From: Thelocarpon superellum
Taxonomy: Eukaryota
Length of the DNA stretch: 20,000 nucleotides
Assembly (NCBI GenBank): GCA_026025795.1
Contig: JAPEUG010000044.1
Coordinates: forward strand, 48,767-68,766
Direction of reading: 5' to 3'
Below the pieces are notes generated by a model. The model ran no database searches, was not told where the DNA came from, and was given only the letters and a program-made list of their open reading frames with translations. The first letter of the stretch is position 1. Each line of letters begins with the position of its first letter. A program made the position numbers and the translations under genes. Positions 10,733-20,000 of this stretch are shown piece after piece.

Positions 10733-11557
10733 TCATAAATTAGCCACCTCACCGCGCCATCCCCAGCCGCCCGGCGGAGGGGAGGAAGACGAGCCGTCGG
10801 CCGTCCAGCACGTCATGCCCGAGGCCTCACAGATACGAATGACGACGTCACGCACCGCGCGGACCTCGGCCACACTCGCGCCCTGATTCAAGGCCCCTTT
10901 CAGATGGCCCTTCAGCTGGGAATTCACATCCTGCGGGATCAAGCCAGCGATCAAGACATAGCTTGTCTCGACTCCCGACAGCACACGCGTGTGGCTGAGG
11001 ATGTACCCGTACATCAAGCGCGCGGTGAGCCCCAGATCTTCCGTCCCGCTTCGCTCCATCCCGCCCATCACGCGCCCGGCCACCTTGCCGTAGACAAGGT
11101 CGAAGAAGCTCTGGCCCCGCTGGAGGATGGCGGAGGATGGCGTCGCGTAGATGTCGGTGGAGCGGGAAGTGGAGGTGGAGCCGTCGCCGGACGGAAGATC
11201 GAGCAGAGCCGCGGGCGTGCCGGCCTTCAGAGCCATCAGCGCATTGATGGCGCGCGGGAGGCCGGCGATCGGGGCCATTTTGATCAGGGCTTCGCGCATC
11301 TTGCGCGCGATGCGGACTGGATCTTCGTGGGTAGGCGGGGGGATGCGCGAGGCCGATGTGGAACCAGATGTGCATGCGGGCGTGGCGCAGTGGTCGAGCG
11401 CGTGGGTGAGGACCTTGGGGATTTCATCGGCGCGGTTCAGGACCGATAATGCGACGCCGGCGATGAAATACCATGTGTGTTTAGGGAGGTGGGGGTGCTT
11501 GCTGATCGAGCGGAGCAACGTCGGCGTCATGACGCTGGGAAGCGTGATGGCGGCCAT
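10733..11557 (-). CDS. AhpD/carboxymuconolactone decarboxylase-like protein, resembling yeast Pxp2/YJR111C family; single exon, 274 aa
   Basis: Motifs REALIKMAPIAGLPRAINAL, RGQSFFDLVYG, ETSYVLIAGLIPQDVNSQLKGHLKGALNQGAS.AEV. ATG in GCCATGG context at 11557 (ORF-track start 11617 is GTG). Ends EVANL. Confidence 0.8.
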   Translation of the reverse strand: MAAITLPSVMTPTLLRSISKHPHLPKHTWYFIAGVALSVLNRADEIPKVLTHALDHCATPACTSGSTSASRIPPPTHEDPVRIARKMREALIKMAPIAGLPRAINALMALKAGTPAALLDLPSGDGSTSTSRSTDIYATPSSAILQRGQSFFDLVYGKVAGRVMGGMERSGTEDLGLTARLMYGYILSHTRVLSGVETSYVLIAGLIPQDVNSQLKGHLKGALNQGASVAEVRAVRDVVIRICEASGMTCWTADGSSSSPPPGGWGWRGEVANL

Positions 11558-11823
11558 GGCAACGAGCGGTGGCCAGCTCGGCGAGGATCTTGCGGATGGT
11601 CGCTTGTGGCCATTCACTCGTACCTCTACATCTTGTGCGTCCTGGCTGCTCCAGGTATCTGGCGGCGAGGTGCACTTGAAATTCGTGCTTGCCCGCGGTG
11701 ACGCTGGATTCGCATCGCGAGTCGCCTCGGTTAGATTGTATTCGTAGTCACGTCGACGCGGATTCCCTCGCCTTGTGGCTCCCTGAAAAGAGACTACCAG
11801 GATTGAAGGTGACTTTAGACCAT

Positions 11824-13049
11824 TTACAACTTCTCGTCGGATTTCTTGGCTTCCATGGCCACATCCTCGTGATAGCCAACGGCCCGGAGGATCTCCAGCA
11901 GTCTACCGCCGTCTTGCTGGAGCAAGTCCCACTCCTCTTGCCTCTTTACCATCAACGACCCTGCGAGCATGGTGCCGTTGAGATTGATCGGGCCAACCAT
12001 GCGAGTCTCCTGTCCCTCGCCAAACTCGCGCACGTCAAGGAAGGCCCCCCCCTGCCTTCGTGGGCATAGAACCATGGTCGACGTGGTCAATGCCAAGTTG
12101 TAGCTCTTCGGCAAGTTGTGCCGCCGCGGGTCGTAGCTCTTGTTCTGGGTGCTCTCATCGCCTAGCAATCCAGCCCGCTTGCACAGCGACAGATACGTCC
12201 CATGAAGCGCCTCTGGTTCTATATCGGGCGCCAGGGCTGCTCGATAGTAGAGAAAAGGAGTGTATCCTACCCATCGAGGTTAGTCACTTCTTGTATCCCG
12301 ATCACGAGCTGAGACTTGTGAGACGATCGCTCTATGAGATCTCGACGCCTCCTGATGCTCACGGACGCTGTGGACGAGGCCCTACCCGAATCGTAGGTCA
12401 AGGTGTCACATAGGAGCGACCAGCCTTGGCTGCCCTCTGGCCCCTTCATACCTTCCACGGGCAGGAACTGAACGTGGCGGTGGCTCTGGCTAGCTCCACT
12501 ATGCTCGCCGCCGTTGAAAAACGCAAAGAGCCTCTCCTCTCTCCTATCGCCGCCGGACCCATGTCTCCAGGCTCGCAGGCACGACAGAGTGAGGGCCAAG
12601 TCATCTGCTTCCAAGAGCTGATTCTGTTCCTTGAAAGACGTCGTGACCAGCAGAAAGTGATTGGGGATGATGGGATATTTATTCAGGACAAGACGATGGG
12701 ATGGTCGGCTTCCTGGAACATTGGCGATCAAGAGATCGCCTGGGGGATGGAGGAAAGGATTCGGTTTCTTGGAGCCAGACGGCGGGGAAGCGGCCGGCTT
12801 CTCCGGCTTCTCCGGCTTCTTGGCCAGGTTAGGGCAATACCGAAGCTGAAACTACCATGACGACGGACGTCAGCATGGCTGACGACCCAGCGGTTTACGT
12901 TAGGGGTCTAATCGCACCGCGACATTCCCGAGGCGGATCACGGCCAGTTCGGTGGGCGTAAAGGAGAGCTCTCCCCTTGCTTTCGCATTGATATATTTGT
13001 CTTTGACCAAGGAGTCAAGCTGACCGGGAAGGCCAAGACAGCTTTCCAT
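11824..13049 (-). CDS. APA2: Ap4A phosphorylase / ATP adenylyltransferase (Apa1/Apa2 family), three exons: 13049-12918, 12851-12386, 12266-11824
   Basis: Spliced product MESCLGLPGQLDSLVKDKY...LAVIRLGNVA|FQLRYCPNLAKKP...NPF...HRLVLNKYPIIPNHFLLVT..F.EQ...FAFFNGGEHSGASQSHRHVQF (HxHxQ catalytic motif)...SYNLALT...LCPRR...NGTMLAGSLMVK. Intron 1 12917-12852 (GTGCGA..GCTGAC..TAG); intron 2 12385-12267 (GTAGGG..ACTAAC..TAG, phase 1). APA1 versus APA2 cannot be distinguished. Confidence 0.9.
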
Positions 13050-14543
13050 ACGCCCAGTTTGCTCTTTCATAAAAACGCAGGCGCCCTGGAATGCGTGTGA
13101 CGAGTACGATCATTCGTAATGAGGTTAAGCGGCTACCTGCCCAGAGTTGAGGAGTTAGGTCATCGCCCGGAGATATGGTCATCGAAGTACGGCGGCCTAA
13201 GACCATCGTTGTGGGACGGTCACGTGATGGGTATCGCTCAGCGAAGAGGGCACAAGATAATGTTCCGGCCAGAGGCCGATCAGCTGAAGACCTATCGTTG
13301 TGCTCCCGATACCATAGGAATCATGCTTCCGCAGTGAACCAACGAAGGTCTCCCGCCCACAGGCGACACCGTGCCATCTTTGACCATGGCCCCATCTAAC
13401 GGCCTGACTAAGAGAAATGCGGCTCCGCCGATCGGCTTAGGTAAGAATCTCGCTCGAACAGCCCTCGTAGGGTCTAGCAGCCCGCGCAGGTACGACGCAA
13501 CTACCACAATGGCTGCGCCCCAGCGACAGGGCTCGCAGGCGGTCAGGGATAAGGCCGCCGCCAAACGTGGAATCTCAATGGATGGGAAGTCTTGAGTCAT
13601 TTCTTGACAGCCATATCGTTGTAATGCCGGGTTTATGCACCCAAGCCGCCAGGAACGACGTAAACCCAGGCGATGTAGAGACCGGCGACGACTTGGCTGC
13701 CTCGTGACTCACGGCCCCGGAGGGGCGCGTGGCAGGGCCGTGCTGGGAGCATGTCTAGGGCGATGCACCTCTTGCTCCATCCCTCCTCGAGCCGGACCTG
13801 AATCGGACGGCGGGCTTCGCTTCCATCGACGTCTTGTTCAATGACCGGTCGGGCTGACGCTTAACCTGCTTGCTCATAACGCCTTAAAAACCTTAGTTCC
13901 TCCGTGGCACGACTTGCTCGACCGGCGAAGCTGGATGCCTGAACTAGCACCTCTGCTCACCGCAAAGCTGGCGGCGACCACCATCGCAAAGGCGAATGGG
14001 CAAGGGGACCCACTTCCCGGTGCCGTCAGTCATACCGGTTGATATCCGATCAGCCTGCAAGGTTGATACGCCCCTTCCGCCGCACCATTAGGCCCATGCA
14101 GCGGATGGCGCGCTCCTTCGCCCAGGGCTGTACCAAGCCAGAAGAAGTCGCCGTACCACTGCCCCCGTCGAGGCGGACCTTCTCGGTGCCTCACGCTGCC
14201 TGGATGGCTAGTGCGTAAAGGGACGGCGAAGCTGATTGCAGCGGCACGTTATGCCCTCTACGCCGACGCTCTCGTCCATCAGCACCGGCTGAGGAATGCC
14301 TGACGGCCCTCTTCAACCCCAGGCCCCGCCTCCGCCGGCGGTCGACTTCATCGCGAACGTTCTACGCTCACGAAAATGGCGGCCCCGGTCGGACCGCCGC
14401 CATGCTGGCGAGGCCATTCCGTCGCGCCCGGTCGGAAGCCCTCTCTTTTCGCCCTTCTAGGGCCTTCGGAGAACCTGGACACTGCGATCTTGCCATGAGG
14501 GTGCTCGCCGGTCTCTGGACGAGGCCTACCGGCTCCAAACACC

Positions 14544-14551
14544 TATATATT
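14544..14551 (+). promoter_or_regulatory. Candidate TATA box for the microprotein gene
   Basis: TATATATT in an otherwise GC-rich region, ~158 nt upstream of the ATG at 14702. Confidence 0.5.
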
Positions 14552-14701
14552 CACACATCCCGTCGACGAACCTGTGGAAATTTCTCAGCCAAGCATCGAG
14601 ACGTCTGCTCGTGCACCTCGTCAGCGCGATAGACAGCGGAACTCTTCTCGCATCGTCACCTTGCTAGAGCGCTCCGTTCCCTCCGGGTCCTCACTCTTGA
14701 A

Positions 14702-15015
14702 ATGGCGTCCGCTCAGTATGTGTGGTATTGCGTACGGAGATGTCCGGTCCACGTCGTTGAACTTCGCTGACAATGCTAGGGTCAATGTGGCTACGGCCCT
14801 TTGAACCCCGAGACTGATGTTGCCTGTCCAGTAGACCCATGCTACCACACACGGTGTGGGTAAGTTGCCTTCCTCATTCTGTCGGTAGTCGCGAATTCTG
14901 ACATCCTTCCAGGTGTTGCAAAATGGTAATGAAAAATAAGAAGAAGCGGCACCACCATCATCATGACCACCACCACCACCACCACGACAGCAACCAAAGC
15001 CATCAGCTGCTTTGA
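14702..15015 (+). CDS. 70-aa Cys-rich, poly-His microprotein; three exons 14702-14731, 14780-14859, 14913-15015
   Basis: Intron 14732-14779 (GTACGG..GCTGAC..TAG, 48 nt) and intron 14860-14912 (GTAAGT..TCTGAC..CAG, 53 nt) give MASAQYVWYCGQCGYGPLNPETDVACPVDPCYHTRCGCCKMVMKNKKKRHHHHHDHHHHHHDSNQSHQLL*. Not present in the ORF track. Confidence 0.85.
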
Positions 15016-15601
15016 AGTTGTGTCGGAGGGTGACGAATTTTGACGACCAAAGCTCGATGAGATGGATGACTTGAGATGTGGGAAGAAGCGTTTGCCCTCA
15101 GGTTCAGCATAGCGGCATCCAGCATAGAACTCCAAGGCTCGCTGCCGCAATAACATTACCCAAACTCTTACCAAATCTTTCCATTGCTCGTGCATATGTA
15201 GAACGGCCGGGAATTTCGAGGCTTTGAGTGACGATCTAAACCATGGTTGACCTTAACGCGGTACGGGGCCGAGGGTCAGAGTAAGCACGCACGCTGCAAG
15301 GCGAGCTGTCACTGGGGCCAAGGGGCTTGGACGCCTTGCCATTTGAAGCATCCGCCACACGTGACAATTGGCGGATGCTCATTCCGGTAAGGGGGCCTGG
15401 TCGTTCGTGTGGGGTTGCCATCTCTGATCAGGGTGGAGGTGAGCTCATAGCTGCAGAAGTCCTGATGTGTAGCCGAACTTGGGCACCGAGTTCTCGAGCA
15501 CGTTGTCCGAGGGTAAGGTTGACGCTCTTGGAGACCCGATATCCCGGTAGAAATACAAAGTCGGCCTGTCGGACAGGGACCAGCAGCCGACGTCCGTGGG
15601 T

Positions 15602-15653
15602 TTAGAGCGTGTGTCCTTCTCATGGCTGTCCATGAGAAGGACACACGCTCTAA
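15602..15653. repeat. Perfect inverted repeat, 24-bp arms with 4-nt spacer
   Basis: TTAGAGCGTGTGTCCTTCTCATGG-ctgt-CCATGAGAAGGACACACGCTCTAA; arms are exact reverse complements. Confidence 0.97.
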
Positions 15654-16140
15654 GAAGACCTGAGTAGACGGAGGAAGACTCCCAGCCAAAGTGAGGCTTC
15701 AGGAGAAAGGCCGTTGCGCGTCATTCAGGCAGGCCGAGCTCTTCCACGTATTTTCTTGGCTCGGCTTTCTTCTCTGATGTCCCGTGAAGATAGGGTTAGT
15801 TGTTTGAAGACCATCGCCGAATATGGCGCCCACCGTCCTTTCTGTGATGTCGCTCCGCCGTGACGACCTGCATATGTATCGGGACAAGCAATTACAGTTG
15901 AGACGAGAGTGGCACTCGCGCAACGCAGCGCGAACGTGGGGGAAGGCTGCCAAGGCACGACGACCATTTGGCATGGCAAGCGCTGCCGATCACGACGCTG
16001 GGATCTGCATGCATCGGGAGCGTGGCCCGGGTTGCAGCCCGTCCATGCATACGTCTCGATGCAAAGCGGGACGAGCGCGAGACATTCGTTTCCCGTTTGG
16101 TCAGTTTCACCTCCTCCACGTGATCCCTCTTAGTGAAGAC

Positions 16141-16590
16141 ATGCCTCCTCTTCTTCATCGTCGCACATCGTGAGCCCTCATCGTCTCATGCTTCCCGTCC
16201 TTCCGTGTCTTCATCCTCGGGCAGCAACGCCGCCGCACTGAAGGCAGGGGACACCAGTATGAGCCTCCATACGCCAAGGCCAGCGACGTGGACGACAGGG
16301 CCAACGACGGCAACACGACGAAGCGGTGGTTCCGACTCCCCGGCGGCACGCACGCCGACCTAACCCTCGCCACGGTCAAGGTGGCGGATACACAGGTGAC
16401 GCTGGTTGGGACGGAGCTGACGGACCTCTCTCGCCGGTCGGTCGGACCGATCAATGTGGAAAGGCCGAGGCCTGTCTCCTTCAAGCACGATTCTAGACGG
16501 AAGTCCTGGCTCCCAGAACAGCGCAAACAGTGGCAGACTGCCATTGACGAGGAGGCAGGGGACGACATGACCATTCGGAGTTTACCATAG
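16141..16590 (+). CDS. Possible small orphan gene, two exons (16141-16169, 16248-16590), 123 aa
   Basis: ATG 16141, GTGAGC donor at 16170, CAG acceptor at 16245-16247; this joins in frame to the 16288-16590 ORF (MPPLLHRRTSGHQYEPPYAKASDVDD...TIRSLP). Branch point is weak (ACTGAA) and no motif was recognised. Confidence 0.35.
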
Positions 16591-17805
16591 CCACGGTGGC
16601 TCTTCCTGCATTCAGCCCACACAGAGTCTGTGCTTGCTTTCGCACGATACGGAGTTGGCGAATACTTCCCTTACCTCAGGAGGCTGCGATTTACAGTTCT
16701 TCACACGGGAAGCCTGTGTCGTGGCTGGTGTCAGGCGATCTGTTTTCCTCTTCCGCATGGCATCTCGTGTTTTGTTGCGTCTTACCCCGCCGCTTGATAG
16801 AGTCCACTAGGGACCATATAATCAGCGGAGTTAATCTGGAATCTACCAGCACTGAGCCCTCGCCCTCGATCGTATTACAGGGATCAAGGCCAGGGGGTTT
16901 CATGAGCACGTTGGATGCTGGAGATTTAGGGTCCAATGAACAGTCAGGAGCAGATTGAACGGAAGACTGGTAGTGCTTGTCCTTGTTTTTGACGCCTGGC
17001 TCGAGTTCCAACGGTCGAGTTTTTTCGCTTCAGCGATGTAGTGCACAGCACACCATCTGGTCAACAGGTGCATCTTGGAAATGTCCCGGTGGATGATGGT
17101 ATCATACACGCCGTAGATGTGACGGTTGGAAAGGGTGGGACGTGCGCAGTGACTCCTTGATGGGCTGATGCGTTAAGGTTTCATCAGTCTCATCAGTGAC
17201 GTTGCACGGTCACTCGTTTCCAGACCAGTACGCGTAGATACGGCGATGACCGTAAGTCCTCTGCGTGGCCGCTGGTATCCAACAGTTGAGAAGGGCAGAG
17301 GCGGCAGGCGTCGTGGGGCCTGGTCACATCCTCTCGCATGCTCTGCACCCCACGCAGCGCGATCGATGCTACTGGCGACCCGTAATAAGGTTACCATCAC
17401 GCCGTTTACTCGGGGCTACCGAGCCGGAACTTGGGGAGCTCGGGCCATTACTAATGCCGCTGGCCGCCCCCGGCACATCACGGCGCTAAGATATCACCGG
17501 GAGACTAGGAGTAAGTATACATGTACGAGTACAGCATGTTCGCTGCAAAGGGCTACTCGAAGCGCGGCATGCTCGCGTTGACATGCCCAAAGACATCCCA
17601 CCCCCAGCTGCAGTGGCAGACAAGGATCAGATGGAGGAGAGCTTCAGCTCGCCCGCGGCTCACCGGGAGGCCGATGAAGCATCCCATCGATAATCGTAAT
17701 CCAAGATGCATGCCCTCTCGTGAGTGATCGGCGCAGCAACCAATCGCAGCGAGCCCTCGACGCGACCGTTATCCATGCCATGGACTCGCCCGACACGACG
17801 TCCCA

Positions 17806-19917
17806 ATGATCTCGGGCTACCTTTCCAAGGCGGCCGAAGGACATGGTAGGTCGCGTCCGTGCCATCGGCGCATGTCGACTGACTCTGCGCAAGCTGAGGA
17901 GGAATTGGCGTCGCCGAACACCGTATCGAACATTCCGCAGGACGAATCGATCCATCGCGGGGCCCCTCACAACACTCTTCCCTCGAATCGCTCTCTTATC
18001 AATGCCGAGCCGATAGATCGATCCGTTCCAGCCAACATGGCGAGCCAAACGCTGCGCGCAGACAATGTGGTGTCGTTGGACCGAGGGCGAATCCTCCGGG
18101 ATGATAGTCCTCCGGTCAGCAAGATCCCTCCCGCGCACGCCGTGGCAGGCTCGGAAGGAAGGGAAGTCGGCTTCCCGCCCGATCCCGCCACTTTACCTCC
18201 TTCGACGGCCGGGCAGCGATTGAAGCGAACGGGCCGACGCTCCCAGGCTCTCCGCTCCGAGTTTCAAGCGCAGGCATCCGGTGCAGGGAGCAGCAAGAAG
18301 CGTAAGCGCGACTCGGCCACGCATTCCCCATCGCCGGATCCCAACGATGCATCAGCCTACTCGCATCCAGCAGAGGAGGCTTCGTCGTCGCCAAACAGAG
18401 GGGGGAAGAGCAAGGAAGTTCTCCGACCGGTGGCGAGAGAAAGAGGGCACGACGATGAACTTGACGACCCGCCGCACCCATCGACCTTTACCAGCCCACC
18501 GCATGAAGCTTTACTGAACATCAACAAGTCCGACATACGATCGATCGGCGTCCACTCGGCGGTGGCGCTCTTCCGTCGACCGTCCGAGTCGAGCATGAAA
18601 TATGCTCGTCCTCCCATGTCGAAGCTCTTCGCGTCGCTGGAGCTCTCGCCGGAGAACTTCTTGCATCTCCAAGCCGCGGCAAAGACATATATGCTAAATG
18701 ACGATTATCCGGAGCGACGAGAGTGCGTGGGCAATCGCGGGAAGGGGGATTCGGATATGGTCAAGCTGCGACTGTACAACTGCGCCAATGAGTTCTTGGA
18801 GGGCGAAGGAAACGGCGAGAGGTACTTTGGCAGAGACGTGGCCCAAGAAGGCGTAGCTAGGAGACGCTTGATCTGGCCAGAGCAGAAGCAGAGGTAAGAG
18901 GGCATTTGGAGATGTCTCGATAACAGGCTGACGTTGACTAGTATCCTGGCTGCCGTCACACCGCTCCTGCGCCGGATGGTCACGAATGAACGCCAGCGAC
19001 GGTATGCGGTCGAGACGCGAGCCAAGGCCGGCGGACCCGAGAGCAAGAAGCGCAAGGCCGACGATGCAGGACTGAATGAATCCGAGCCGGAGATGGAAGT
19101 GGATCAACGGAGGTCAGAGCCAAGGGAGAGGGTCAGGCCAATCCCATCCATCGACCCACATCTTCGACCGGCAACAGCCAACGCACCCGCTACGCTTCCT
19201 CGTCCAATCGAGCTGCCTCCACCCACTGAATTCGCTCCTTCCATCGAGCTCCCGTCTCCGATCGAGCTCCCTCCAATCAAGCTTCTACCTCCAGCCCGCC
19301 ACTCCTTCTCAAGCGAGCTTCCTCCTCCAATGGACTCTCAAGCTCGCGCCGATCTCGTCCTTTCATCGCCGTCACACCCGTCGAAGAGACCCAAGCTCGC
19401 GCCGGTCGAAATCGCGGACACGCGCCCCTTACCTCCACCTCCGCCGCCACCTCCCACCATCCAACTCCCCGTATCGCCGGAAATGGTCGATCACGCACTA
19501 CCGCCACACGCCCACGCCCATGCGCCACCTCCGCGCAACTTCTCCGGCATGACCATCCACTTGAACATCCTCAGCGGATCGTCACGTCGCCATCCCCGCA
19601 CCTCCCTCGACGCATCTCTCTGCCCCACCCTCGCCTCTCTCGAACACTACCTCCTCCTCCAGCGCCACCATGCAGACCCACCACCCACCCCTCCTCTGCC
19701 TCCCCTCCCTCCTCACTCTTCATCTGCATCGACCCCGACATCCGCGTCTCGCACCACGGAAGCAGCAGACGACATGACGTCCATGCGATCGATCCAAGTC
19801 TTGACCGAGCACGGTCTCGTGCCCGTGCACGACGACACCGGCTGGCTTGATGTCCTCGCCAAGATCCACGCTTGCGTCTGGATGGATGATCAAGTTCGAG
19901 TCGTCGCTCGGTTCTGA
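17806..19917 (+). CDS. Conserved fungal hypothetical protein, probably nuclear; exons 17806-18893 and 18942-19917 (possible additional in-frame 48-nt intron 17846-17893)
   Basis: The two long ORFs are joined by intron 18894-18941 (GTAAGA..GCTGAC..TAG, 48 nt). Ordered core GVHSAVALFRRPS...KYARPPMSKLFASLELSPENFLHLQAAAK.YML...PERRECVGNRGKGDSDMVKLRL...PLLRRMVTNERQRRYA; basic clusters SKKRKR, SKKRK, SKRPK; Pro-rich linker; small C-terminal domain. True start uncertain. Confidence 0.82.
18894..18941 (+). other. Spliceosomal intron (48 nt)
   Basis: AG|GTAAGA...GCTGAC...CTAG|T, phase 2; removes the TAA at 18895-18897. Confidence 0.88.
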
Positions 19918-20000
19918 GAGATGGCACCGCAACGATGGATGCTGAGGTACCGCACTCTACTTTCCGCTTACTTATGCCTCGCTCTTTCCTCTTCCTCTTC

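Noticed and set aside
14842..15195. Minus-strand ORF with a poly-Val hydrophobic stretch
   Set aside because: Antisense shadow of the (CAC)n poly-His codons of the plus-strand microprotein.
17064..17118. Minus-strand IIHRDISK resembling a protein-kinase catalytic loop
   Set aside because: No following Asn, no DFG-like motif or other kinase subdomain, and the ORF is short; cannot be distinguished from chance.
17720..17749. GTGAG..CAG intron that would join the 17521-17727 ORF in frame to the last gene
   Set aside because: Only 30 nt with no clear branch point; shorter than the other introns here (48 nt or more).
1..20000. CRISPR array, tRNA/rRNA genes, transposase or reverse-transcriptase ORFs, biosynthetic gene cluster
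   Set aside because: None seen; the sequence is intron-containing fungal DNA with functionally unrelated neighbouring genes.

Overview
GC-rich genomic DNA from a filamentous ascomycete (Pezizomycotina-like), with short GT-AG introns carrying CTRAC branch points. In order: a two-exon conserved hypothetical gene (+, 1215-2810); ureidoglycolate lyase ending in the peroxisomal signal SKL (-, 3173-4021); a ~3.3 kb divergent intergenic region; a C2H2 zinc-finger transcription factor (+, ~7534-10258); an AhpD/CMD-like Pxp2-type protein (-, 10733-11557); a three-exon Ap4A phosphorylase (-, 11824-13049); a gene-poor stretch; and a conserved hypothetical gene (+, ~17806-19917). Most notable: (1) the transcription factor's C-terminal domain lies in frame behind a TGA followed by CAATCA, the CARYYA readthrough motif, and I found no frame-preserving intron that removes the stop; (2) the same gene has two in-phase alternative 5' splice donors; (3) a three-exon 70-aa Cys-rich/poly-His microprotein gene (14702-15015) is absent from the ORF track; (4) a perfect 24-bp inverted repeat at 15602-15653. 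All family assignments come from motif recognition by eye, not database searches.
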